Below are positions 51,801 through 64,000 of a stretch of DNA of 64,000 nucleotides, piece after piece. Numbering within the stretch: position 1 is the stretch's first letter; each line of letters starts with the position of its first letter. Source of the stretch: Daphnia carinata (Eukaryota); contig NC_081331.1 in NCBI RefSeq assembly GCF_022539665.2, positions 1,860,001 through 1,924,000 of the forward strand, read 5' to 3'. Under the pieces are notes generated by a model. That model was not told the origin of the DNA. It saw nothing but the letters and a program-made list of their open reading frames with translations, and ran no database searches. Made by a program: the position numbers and the translations under genes.

Positions 51801-54753
51801 TGCTTTTGCAGCATCGCGACGTTGACCAGTGCGCGCCGGATATGTCGTGCGCTGGATGCGGAACAATGGTCGATGATCAACGAGGGAATCCATTTGATGG
51901 ACGACAAGAAAAGGGACCACGCAAAAAGTAAAACACGCCTCCACATTGAACAACAATGCGCAACCAGTGAAAGTTGGCTGGTTGATAAAAATTAAAGATG
52001 TTGTTTGACTTTCTTTTTCTCTTTGCGTCTTTCCCTAAACACGGTTATCTATTTAGCACCTCGTTTTCTACATCTCTAATGAATTGGTTACAAGGAAAAC
52101 AAAAACTAGAAGCAAATTAAATGGTGCGGAAGATAGAAAGTACAGTTATGTGTTACTTTATACTATCACAGGCTCGTTATTAGCGGCGATGAAAGAAACT
52201 TTCTGCCAATAATCTATATGGCTTTTCTTTCTTCTTTTGTTTCTGCTACATTGGTTTTCCATCCGCGTTTTTGTTTCGCCCACCGGAAGATGTTACACAG
52301 AATCCGTTGTAAAAGTCGAATCATCTATACATTTCCGTTCGAGTCAAAGACCTCGATCAATTGAATCTGCCTCAATGGCTTGAAGGAATTCATCCCGGCG
52401 CCAAATGTGCGCTATAAACAACACAAACGTAAGTGACGGTTGATCGTCGACACATACACAAAAGAAATATGGGAATAAGAATAATAATAATAAAAAAAAA
52501 AATAAGCTGCTATGCATCTCAGAATAGTACAGGACTCTCCGTTTAATATTCACAAACACTTGCTGAGGCTTCTGCTTTCGTAGAACGAGAGAAGGAGATT
52601 CGCAACGCGGAGGGTGTGTATACGTAGTGGGGGAACCAATCTAATCTACGTCAACCTCTTCTGGCATTCTCCCGGCATCCTTTGAATAATTGATGCGCGG
52701 CCCCTCATCGTTCAGAAGCCACGTACATCACAGGCACCATGGATTCAAGCCTCTTTCAACTCCAGCATAAGTTTCGGGGCTTTTCTTTTTTTTTTTTTGG
52801 TTCCAACACCTCCACACCAAGTCTGCTTCAAACTCAGCTTCACTGTACTTTTAGGTCCCCTTCTAATACCAGGAAGATGAAACAAACTTGCGTCTAAGGG
52901 TGCGTGCAGTGGCGGCGGGGAACGACTATTGTCAACTTTCCATAAGTATCCAGAAATGATGGGACAGAGGCCATTGCGGATTTTGGTGGAAGTCATTTGC
53001 CCCGTTCGCGTCCATTCCCATTTCAGTACGAACTTTTCAATAACGAGAGCCATTCTTTTTCTTTCTTGCTTTCAAAACGCTTTGTAATTGCAGAACGATT
53101 CTTGACGTACGTATAATAATCACGATTGAATAACCAATGATTTTTCGATTTGAAATCTTTATTTCATATACCAGAATTGTGTCAATAGATGTCCAAGCTT
53201 TCAATGAGCCAACAAAGAGATTATCAACTTGAAAACTATGATCAAGCAAAGATTCCTTTCTGAAAAGGTTCGTGTCCTGTTTTGCCACTTTTAAAAAAAC
53301 ATCGGTGCCTCATAATTGTGTGATTGTATTCACCGTCACGCTCGGGAAGACAACAAAAAATCGACAGACCGAGGATTGGACGGCTTCGGCACCCTTTGGG
53401 AGCTTGCTGTTCCTCCACCTCAGCTTGTCACCCTTACGCCTCAGTGACTATGGAATAACTCCCGCAGATGAAAGTGCTGATGGCTCCCATACACCCGACG
53501 GCTACAAACATACGGCGCAGCATTTTCAGACCATCAGCGCATAACGGGTGAGTAAAACAAAACAAAAAAAACTCTTGGTCGGCGACATCGTCTGTTCACT
53601 CCCTGGCGTCGCCAAAAATCTAATCATCTCAAAGTATAAAAGAATTGAAGCGACGAGCCATTGCTGAGGCAAACAGCACTACGCTGGTAGAGGTGATGAA
53701 GAGCAACCCATCGGGTGATCATGATGGCGTGAGGGGGGGGGGGGTTTCTATTCTTTCATACAACTTCAGCCCATCGACTCGTACAAAAGATCGTTCTTCG
53801 GATAATTCACATCCAGCCAGTCATCACTGTTCTCTCGGGGGGCAGCCCTGCGTGATACATTTTAGCCAGTCGACTTTTTTTTATTTAGTAAATAGAACCC
53901 ATCTATTCTCTTTCTTTATCACTCTTCCATTCCTATTTCTTTTCACCGTCTTGCGTGAGTGTGGTGTCTATTGCTCAATTCTTTTTTTCATTAAACAACA
54001 TGGTTTATTAAAATGCAATCGTCTTTTATCCTCCCCTTTTCAGCCGCCACTTCTTTTCTTCATCCTTTTTTTTTATACATAGAGACGTGGCGATAAAGTT
54101 ACCAACAGCAAGTAGAAGCCAGCTGCTTGCTTGTCCATTGTCAGATGGATTTTTCTGGGGTAATAATAAAGGCAGCTCAACGGTTGCGAATGGCATTAAG
54201 TAACGTCTTTATTGATTTTCCAATCACGCATGGCGTGCATCGTCCCCCTCACGTCCCGCACGTCTTCAATTGCTGTCCATTCATTGGTTCATCCAAAGTG
54301 CGAAGAGACTAGAATACGCACATTAAATGTTTCACTTTCGCATGCAGTTCACAGAAGGTGAAAAACAAGTTCAACGAGAGAGGGGTGAGGATTCAGTTAC
54401 ACGTTTTGGAAAGTAAAGAGCATAATCCCTGAGAGTTGCCATGGAACAAACACGGTTGACTGATCACCATGTCACAATTCAACAACTTTATCACAGTCGT
54501 TTGAATGTGGTAATGACGTGCACGAAGCTCTTGCACTGTTAACACGGTGATCAAGAAATAACGGGTCGTTAAATCATTCAAATGTGTTCTGCAATGTATT
54601 ACGATAACAGTGGTTTATGTGTATACAAATCAATAATATATCAAACTGTATTATGTAGTTTTAAAAAAAATCTGCTGTTGGTTTATCTCGCCACAATGCA
54701 ATCAAGGATAGTTTCCCCCCTCCATGTCAATTATCAGTCTGGTCTCGTGTTTC

Positions 54754-57700
54754 TCAGAACTTTGTTGAATGATAATTCAATTGAGAATTGTCTCTCAGGC
54801 CGTCATCGATGATGCAAAGCGCTGGCTGTCGTGGACTTATATTACTGCTGTGTTGTTGTTGACGGAAAGCCGACGTTTCGGCTTGATGTTGCTGCTGAAG
54901 CTGTTGCAAATGTTGCCGTAACTGAGCTTGTTGGTTTAGCGAAGTAGTTCGATTATTCATCGTCTCAACCGATGGATGATGGCGATGCATATTGGGGTTG
55001 AAATCCGCTTCGTAAGGAGGCGGAGGCGAAGGATCGTCTCTGTGGCGACAGGTTTGCACATGCCCTGCATAGATAAGCATAGAATTTTACCAACATCAAA
55101 ACGCTATAGCTTTTTCTATCTATTCCAGGTATTTTTTGCACGGCTTGATTTTACTCTGGTTTCATTGAATACGAACAGTTTCTTTATGTTGTCGTGAATA
55201 GCAGCTGGGTTCAACTGGTTCACATCGTGAGGATTATACTATACCCGCCCCCCTATCGTCTGGTTTTTGGGAAGCTTAGATGTCACGCGAAATTCGCTAA
55301 GTAACATGTACATGAAACGGAAAGACTACAGCCAATTACTCTTATTCCCTTGATATCTAATACTGTGTTTCATCTCGCGACTGTTGAATCAAAAACCGAA
55401 AGAAAAAAACGTACTACCTAAATACGACAACCAGCTATACCAAAAGCGGTTGATCCGTCTTATACGTGTATCTCATCAATTAAGTGATAAAGCTTATTTT
55501 TGTGCATTTGGAAATGAGTTGGAACAGTTGATTGAACCTTGACTGCTGTTGGTCGGCACCCGCACGGACATGAGCTGGTTTTCGCTGTTTGGGTTGTTGC
55601 TGCCAATGACGGAAGAGGCCAATCGCGGTAAAGGTCGGTTCCAGTAGAGATGATGGCAACCTCCTCTGCCTGCTGCTGGCCGAGTCATTTCCGATTGACG
55701 GTGGACGCCTGAGATTTGATCAATGTTAGAAATGGGATTGGAGTCGGGCGTCATCATGGCAACGGGCGACGGACAATGGGAATCCGAAAGAGAGTAGAGA
55801 CTTGAAACTCCACCGCCAGCACTCATGTTCCTCGTTTCTCCGCTATTACCCCCGCCGCCTCCATTGAAACTGTGAAAACTGGCCGACGTCCGGACGTCGT
55901 TGAAACCAATGGCCGGCCTGTGCTGATGTTGATGGTGTTGATTTGATAGTCCAGGACTGGACGTGGTCATCGCCGCTGGCACGTAGGTGCTCATCGTCGA
56001 AGAGCAAGGTAATCGATACAGAGGACCTGAATATTGATTGCATTTACGAATTTGAAAAACTTTTTAGCGTTCAGTTGTCTAAAACAAAAAGAGAACACAC
56101 ATACACTACACAAAGGGCAAGAAAAAAAAGGACTGAAAATCAGATATATTAGTTGCAGCTTCGTTGATGACCGTCAATCGATCCTACCATCGATCACGCT
56201 AAAGCCCCAATGTAGGCCGATCGATTACCGATTCGAACTAAACGTTACGTATCAGTCGGTGACAGAAGTCGGTGACGTTAGCCAAAACCCCGAGTACAAA
56301 CCGAATGTACACGCGAAAGAATTGGGAAGAAAAGAATACAAAACAAGAACCAAACTGAGCACAGGGGACAAAAAACAAAAGGGTAAGACAAGAATAATGT
56401 AATAAAAAATGAAATAAAAGAATAGACAGGGAAGGATAGGCTTTTCTTTAGACATGCACAGACGGGGTACTATAAAGTACGCAGTTCTTATGCTTGTTTT
56501 CGAGGCAATATAGTCTGCTTTTTTTGTTTATGTTTTCTATTATTAGTGGTTGTTTTCAACGGGTGGATGTGCAGTTTTCTACGACAAAAAAACGCCCACC
56601 GACATCCTTTTTGTACATCGTTAAGTCGAGAAAAACGAGAGATAAAGACGAAAAAGAAAGGCAAACTAAAAATAGGAATCCATACGAAAAGAATTGTGAA
56701 GAGAAGACCGAGATTCAAACGGATAAAGCAAAATAGGAAAACCGGTGGAAATAGACGGGGAAAAAAAGAGGAAAGCTCTCTATTGAAAACATCTCCGGCA
56801 ACTGGCGGAGATCCTCAAATCCGATTTGCTTCCCTCCAACGATCCGTTAGACACAGCCAAACACACATACGCTTCTTTAACAGACACCAACTATCGCACG
56901 GGTTATATACGAGCTGCTGCTAGTTATACACCAACGGATCCCCATCGACGTGCCCAATTTCAGAACGATGATTGGCGTGATATATCTCGGGATTAATTGG
57001 CTCTTTGCTTCTTCATCAACTCATCTCGCTTTAAGCCTAACAATTCCCGTATCTTTTCTATATATGCCTGAGAGAATAAAACAATGAACGATTCGCCGTC
57101 ATTTAAATACAAATCTTGTACGTGTAGCATTTAATCCTTTCTATATGCTCCTTCAACGACCTGTTTCCTCGAGGTCATTGAATTTTTGATTGATGGAAAA
57201 AAGAAATCGTTTTTCGTTCTATTTTGCATTGAAACGAAATTCCATTACGTGTTAACGCGTTAAGAATGAGAAAGGGTTTTCTTTTTCTTTTAGTATTGTG
57301 GTTCCTTGACATTTCAATCAAGTATACACAGCAGAAGTTTCGCTGCAGGAAATTATGTTTGCTGAACGAATTGTGCGTGAAAAATCGATAACATGTGTGA
57401 GCTTCGTGTGTTCAATTCCAGTCGTAAGCGGAAAAATAAGCACGGTAATGTGATATTCGCTACGTACACAGATCTTTCAAGAATATTAGACACCACATAG
57501 CACAGAGAAAGCAGAAATTGGATTTTCTCAATTAAACCCGTTTGAAAGTGGGGTGAAAGAAAGTCTACGCCGTTTTGATACACTCGATTAAGTGTACCGC
57601 TACATCTGTTGATTAGCCTTATTCGAAAGTGGAACTACCGATCGGGTCCTTTAATAGCCTCAGAGTAAACGTATATTAGGGATAATGATTTAACTAATTT

Positions 57701-58430
57701 TATCTTTCGTTTCTTTGAATTCTTTTCTTGTTCAATGTTTCCTTCCCACGTTCTCACATCCCTGGACGTCCTTCATTTTTTTGCATTGCGTTGACACATT
57801 ATTTTTTGAGGAATATTTTCTAAATTTTTTAAATTCTTTTTTCGTGGTTTCCCACGGTTTTTACTATCCTGCCTTTTTCTGAGGGGTTATCAATCTAAGC
57901 GCTAGACTTGATAAATACTATCGATTTTCGGTGCACCGGTCATTGGGTACACGAACTGATGAGATTTTGAACACCTTTTACATGCAATGTCCAATACCTG
58001 GTCGTCGTTTCTTATGTAAGAGGCAGCCGGGACAGACGAAGCAGGCGACCAGGATGAGTAACGTGATACCAGCCGCAACACCAAGCGTAATGGCCAGAAC
58101 CAGAAGTAACCTATACACATTCGAAAAATGTTGGCCATTAGATTTACAAGAAAAAAAAAAACTTTTTGATCGAAAAATCAAAGGAAACGTAAACTTAACG
58201 TGTATTTATTGAAGTGGTAATACGAATGAACAAGAAAAACCAAACTTACGGATCTTCAGGTGGAGGAGGTGGAGCTGTGGCGATCCTCAGCTTACCGGAA
58301 CAGCAGTATTTGTAGAATTCTGTTCCGCAACAGAAACCGGGAGTGGAGCCATCAAGCCAAGGGCACGGAAATCCCGTATTCCACTTGCCAAATTGATCGA
58401 TGTATCCCGAACAGAAATCCGCGTTCAACA
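54754..58430 (-). CDS. Shisa-like single-pass membrane protein (5' signal-peptide exon not identified)
   Basis: Exons 58430-58250 (DFCSGYIDQFGKWNTGFPCP...FCCGTEFYKYCC, Shisa Cys domain), 58110-57998 (TM plus CFVCPGCLLHKKRR), 56026-55538 and 55064-54754 (low-complexity tail with PPPPY) are phase-consistent. The 55538 donor is weaker than the others. Confidence 0.8.
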
Positions 58431-61400
58431 CTGAACAAAAAAAAAAAGATTTTAACATCAAAAGAACATTTAAAAAAATAGATGATCCTTATAGCTTTTT
58501 ATAATCCCCGATCAAATGAACCGTTTATGATCCAACCACCAAGCAATTAAACACGTATGGGACAGATCAACGTATCACCATGTTTTCGTTATTAATGACG
58601 CAACGACTTTGTTGTTTTTGCCGACCACCGACCTGTCCAGCGATGACGAATACGTGTACTGGAAAAACATCTATTTTATTTCGGGCTCCTTCTTAATTAC
58701 TACTGGGACATGTATGAATCCCTGGGGCAGCTGGAACGACCAACAAAATGTGCACCATCAGAATGAGACAGAGAGAAATGATGATGACCTGGCATCGTTA
58801 TCCCCCAGCAGAAAAAAGAAAGTCGGTCTCAACACTCCAATGCCAGAGTATTGGAAAATGAGTAAACGGCTAAGCCACCCTTGCTGTTTTTAATGAATGT
58901 CATCGAGTTCAAGCTGACGAAATTTGTTACACGTGGCAGTATTAAGTTGGGGAAAAAAAAGAAGCTGGCCAAATTAACTTTTCAATGGGGAAAATAAAGT
59001 ACAGACTATAACTCTTCGCATTCCATAGTTTTGCCCCGTTTGGTTCTTGCTGCTTCGGGCCTTCACAGAGCTTCACAGCAGAGCCCCAAACAGATAACCC
59101 TTCCATACATTACATGAGTCTAGCGCAAAACATAAGCCAAGCCGACGTCGCAAACATAAATCAAGGAAACGCATCACGCGAAATCGATAGCTCGAGTCGG
59201 GGAGGCTCATGCAGTTCGCTTTTTTCTTGTTCTTGTACAGATTCTACATTATCAGTTTTTTTTTCCTGTGTTCTTGTTGTCTCCTCCCGCAAACTTTCGG
59301 CGTGATATATGTCTATAGGAGGAGCTATAGCGTCAGGTTTTTTTTTTTTTGCGTGTGTATAGATATAGCCGTATATAGCTTTCTATAGGCAACCAGAACA
59401 GACTTTATACATAAGCACAAAAAATAAATAAATAGCAATAAAAAAAATAACTGAAAATATATGGAAAGACACGCGGAAACAGGCACAAGAAAAAAAAATG
59501 TCGTTGACGCAACGATATCCATAAGGAGTCGCCTTTTTTGGCACTGATGTATCCGCGTCATTCTTTGGCGGCATACCACAGGGCAGGCCATCAGCTGTGT
59601 CTTTTGTTAAAGTAGAGAAAAGGGATTTCTAACCTTCTTTCCTACTAACGTACCGTTGTCGGCAGTGTTAGAATATAAATAACTTAACGGAGCTACTCTG
59701 TACACGAGTGGTCCATTTTAATATGTAAACGGACATTGTAACTGACTCGATCCATTTTCGACTGTTATTAATGCCGTATTTGCATACAACGCAAAACGTG
59801 CATATCAAATGTTCGATGTTGTTTTTGCATTTACATTAAAGCATCTACGAGACAGTGCAATATCAAATGACGTATGGAACAGAGAACACGACGCAGCGTC
59901 ACGTCGCATTCGATCATTACCGTTGCAATGTCTACATTAAAATTTAACGTTGTTTTTTTTATTATTGCCTTGCAAATGTTCTCAAATGACACGCAGATCC
60001 TGTTATTCGTGTACAAAGCACAGTTAATAGAAAACTGGAATGTTATTCATCTTAAACATTTAGCGGCGCAACACTGGCTTATATTGAGTTTGATTGTCTC
60101 ACTGTTCTTTCTTTATTAATATAAAACTTAAAGGAATAAATATGAATGACAAATACAACGATGACGTGCGAACGTCATTACATCCGACGCAGGACGAACA
60201 CGAAATGTGTTTTATGTTCCAGAGTAACTCAATATTTCCATTTTCCTGTCGTTCTCTTTGGTTTTCTCTTTTTCTCACAACGTTTTCGCTTCTCTCCTTT
60301 CTTCTTAAGAAGCAAACATCACAGGGATACTACGTGAACGTACGTATGTTTTTTTAAAAGCGATTGTGTTAGTTTATGCCGGGAAGTATTGCGCGTTTGG
60401 TGAGTCCAAAAATGTTGTCCCACTTGGGCACACCATAATTATGTGCGTAGTAGAAGAAGAACGTTGCTGTAAATGGATAATTCTTGCTTTTCGGCAATCG
60501 TGCGGAACGGCTTCCGCTCCGGACGACAGTCACGAACAGCGGCAAAACAACATTCTGAAGCTGCAGAATAAGGGAGCTGTAAACGACAGCAAAGTACGAG
60601 GTCCTACCGTCGGTCCTCAACACAGCCACCCACTCTCATGTGCTGCAGTTCTATTTCTTCATAAATCAGATTGCCTTCCACTTGGTAGCCTTTCACCAAC
60701 TTGGACTCTAAAGAGGCCTGTAATGGGCATGATAAATGGCTCCCGAAGAAAAAAAAAAAGGGATCCGCGCAACTATGAAATGAAGTGGGCATGAAAAGTT
60801 GTTCACTAAGGCCGTCTGCCTCTAACAATTGCGTCTTTCTCACTGAAGCCCCATGAAAGGATGCGCATTGAAAATTTTGCACTTGCTATGAATAACACAC
60901 ACAAAGTCCTACGTATACCTTCACCGCATTCTCGCCGAATTTCAGATGCGACGTGCGAGCAAACAAAAGCTTTTGTGATCCGCTGGATTTTTTATAGTTG
61001 ACTCCCTCGTCCATCCGCACACAGAATAGCGGCAAAAGATTAATGGATGCTTATAATTGTGTCTTACGTGTGTACGTTAGAAGCGTGCATATGTTAGCGT
61101 ACCCCCCCCCCCCTCTCAAAAAAAAAAAAAAGAGTTGGGTAAACTTCCCCACAAGTAAATGGGGAAACTTTTCTGAAGGGAACTAAACAAGTACAATATG
61201 AAGTACCGTCTCTCTCGGTATCCAACAGCTGGCTCATTAGTCATTTGAGAGCCAACTTTTCATGTACCGTACGGCTATTCATTTCCACCTTTTACTAGGC
61301 AGAAAGCAAAAAAAAAAAAACTTTATTGAATCACGGTCTCCTCTTCGACATTTTCTAGCATCAACGACAAGCGCTTTTCAAGTTGTATCTCATCTCTTTA

Positions 61401-64000
61401 CCTAATTAAGCGACAAGCATATATCTATTTAAACGAGCTGAATTGATGGAGACGTCCTAAGCAGAAGAGATCTCTGTTTCATTCTTTTTTCTTTTTCTAT
61501 TCGGTCATGTATGCAAATGATAGGATAAAGAACGAAGGAACTTAGCATTTTGCTCGGTGCGCTCTTTTGCGTGCTCGAGGCACTAGACCATACACGATGC
61601 CATGTGAACAAAGAAGAAAAATGTCGGACCCTTTTTTTTCGATCAATAAAAAAGATCGGGCCAACAACCGAAAAGGTATAGAGGGAATACCAACACCGCT
61701 GACATGTCGGCGGTCAATAGGAAAAACCCCTTCCTCCCGCCCCCCCCCACAAAAATGCATAATAGAGACCTAAATACTGACTCTCTTTTTTTTTTCTATT
61801 AAAGGGCGGTTAAACAACGTTCAACACTAAAAGGACCAATAACCCTATCGCACTTGGAACAAAAGAAAGAAAAAAAAATGAAATAAGAGCAAAAAGTCGG
61901 GGGGAAAAATGGGCGTCGGCTGGAACGTGGGTCGGAGAGTCGATCATAATGCCTGCTTGTTTGTCCCGCGGCTTTCACGAGAAATAAATGAGAGGGGAGA
62001 AGAAAGGATTCTACTCATAGCAGGGTTAACGTATAAGAATGGAGTACTAACGTTCGAAAGAAAAAAAAAATGAGAAGAAAAGGACGGAGGGAAATAAGGA
62101 AAAGAAATAGAAAAGGCGGAAAACAATTGGGGAGAAGAAAAAATAAAAGTGGACGAAAGTGAAGAATTGCGGGAGGGGAGATGTCGCCCGGAAATATTCA
62201 TTTGGTTAATTACCCAAGACGTTGATAGTGATTGACACAAACGGAATCATTGCGAACAAGAAAAAAGGGGGAAGACAAAGAGAACATTGCGGTCTATTGG
62301 TTTCTAAATGTAGCCCTTAAAAGTAATTTCATTTATTTTTTAATCAACTCGTCATCGGTTCGGCCGACCACTTTTCGTTTGTTCCCACCCTCTCCATTTC
62401 AACGTCCTATCCTGTTTGATCATCTTTGATTAGCCTATTCTTCATCTTTACGACAGATAAGCAATTCCACGACCTGTGGTCATTATAATAACTGAATTAG
62501 TAGAGCACTATGCGCTTAGTTCGGTGACACGTAACGAGATTGATCCATTTCGCTATCCTTTCTTTGCAAAATCGCTTCAAAGGCCTATAATTTTAAGGTG
62601 AAATGATTCCTTCCTCTTCATCAAATTTCCATCTTTTTCCAGAAATACCAACAGTGGAGGCTGGAGTGCTTGTTATCCTTTGGGCGTGTGCAGCACGCTC
62701 GAAGCCACGTTCGAAATACTTCCACTACTTTGAAAGACACTGGTTTTTTTCAACTTACGCAATTGAAGTGCACTACATCTTAATCTGTTCTCTTCTCGTG
62801 CGAGGACTCGAGATTTCCTTATCGACTCCAACTCTTTCCGGATATTTTCACGTTCCTCACGGCCACGTCTAGAGCTTTGCACGCCACTGGAGAGCTCAAT
62901 TGACTAATAGATAGTCGACACAAGTAGAGTAAAGGTATTTTTTTAGCCTGGTGGTTATAGTTAATAACAGAAATTACAATCTTCGCTATGAATAGGAAGG
63001 TTGCGTATGAAAGGGGAAGGTTACATGCATCCTCCTTCTTCGCTATTACTGAGCAAACACAGCCAATGATGTGCAGTGTGTCTATCAGCCAACGTAATTT
63101 CCTGTTTCCGGTTCCCGGCATTCTTGCCTCATTGTGAACTCTGAGCAGCCAAACAGAAAATCTTTCCCAGCTCAAAATTTTTTTCTTTTTTGGAAATTAT
63201 TATTTTCATTATTTTTCCTGTTTTGGCGAGTTGTTCTCGCATCAGTGGAACTCTTTCTTATCTTCATCATTAGCATGAGAACACTATTGTTCACAATGTC
63301 TGGCCTCTCCATTTTTCTTGGTATAATCTTTTTGTTCCGTTTTTTTTTTTGTTCCCTCCATTAGCATATATGGCATAACCTGCTATGTTCCTTTTTTCGA
63401 TCGCTTTTAAAATTCAAACAAAAGCTTTTTGATGTTTAAAGTTGGACGGAAGCAGCCAACGTTTTGTTTGCCTTCACTTTTCGAACTCTCGTTAATGGAT
63501 TAGACCTATAACTACTACCTAACAAGCTATATAGTTTTGCCGTTCGCCGCGAACCGTGTTTGAACTCAGAGTTGTTTAGCTACCGCACGACTGGCGCAAG
63601 TTAAAACTTTGAAAATACCTAAAAGGTGATGAGAAAAGTAAAGCGTTTGTCTGGTCCGTTTTTTTTTTGTTTTTTTTTTTATTTGGCGAACGAATTTTAG
63701 TTCTGACTGGCATTTATTTAAAAGCAAAAGTAAGAAACTGTGTAAGCAATTTCCATCTAGCCGTTTGTGTATAGTGAAGGGTTTGGAGCAAAAAGAGAGT
63801 CACATCTTTCGCCCGTGTTGTTAGATCTATTTCTCTAGCGAAGCTTATAGTTATGTGTCTTTTGTTTTATTCGATGTATAGCTAAAAGCGCTCTACTAGC
63901 AGCCATCTTTCCAATTCCAGTTGCATTAGCCAGCGCTCTTCTTTTTTTACCGCTCCAAACATTCCCGCAGTGCCCGACATTCTATCACAACAGTCAATCA

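Noticed and set aside
46000..54700. Short ORFs and simple repeats between the GPCR and the Shisa-like gene
   Set aside because: No coding signature; ordinary homopolymers and microsatellites such as (TA)n near 47635.
58690..58790. Hydrophobic stretch VIIISLCLILMVHILLVVPAAPG as the Shisa signal exon
   Set aside because: In-frame stop just upstream with no start codon ahead of the hydrophobic run, and no convincing donor. Left unresolved.
59000..64000. ORFs such as 60366-60794, 62673-62882 and 62819-63175
   Set aside because: No recognisable domain or consistent splice chain.

Overview
Eukaryotic genomic DNA with many ~55-100 bp GT-AG introns and poly-A/T-rich intergenic tracts. The style suggests a compact arthropod genome, possibly Daphnia-like (inference). 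No prokaryotic features or CRISPR arrays were seen. Spliced genes reconstructed by hand: USP14 (+, 5981-8109), TM9SF4 (-, 8210-10632), Rab23 (+, 22263-26544), an orphan secreted Tyr/Gly-rich peptide (-, 34092-34597), a ~2675-aa class C GPCR with FOUR tandem Venus-flytrap domains (-, 36721-45868) and a Shisa-like protein (-, 54754-58430, 5' end not found). Two things stand out. First, the four-VFT orphan receptor. Second, a palindrome of at least 4.86 kb at the window start (arms 1-2068 and 2795-4862, almost identical). Its arms carry a decayed spliced C2H2-like gene and an array of GC-rich hairpins. Its spacer holds older, diverged inverted homology and three tRNA-like units with A and B boxes. 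A 306-bp fold-back/MITE-like element lies about 640 bp beyond it. All identifications come from reading the sequence; no database searches were run.
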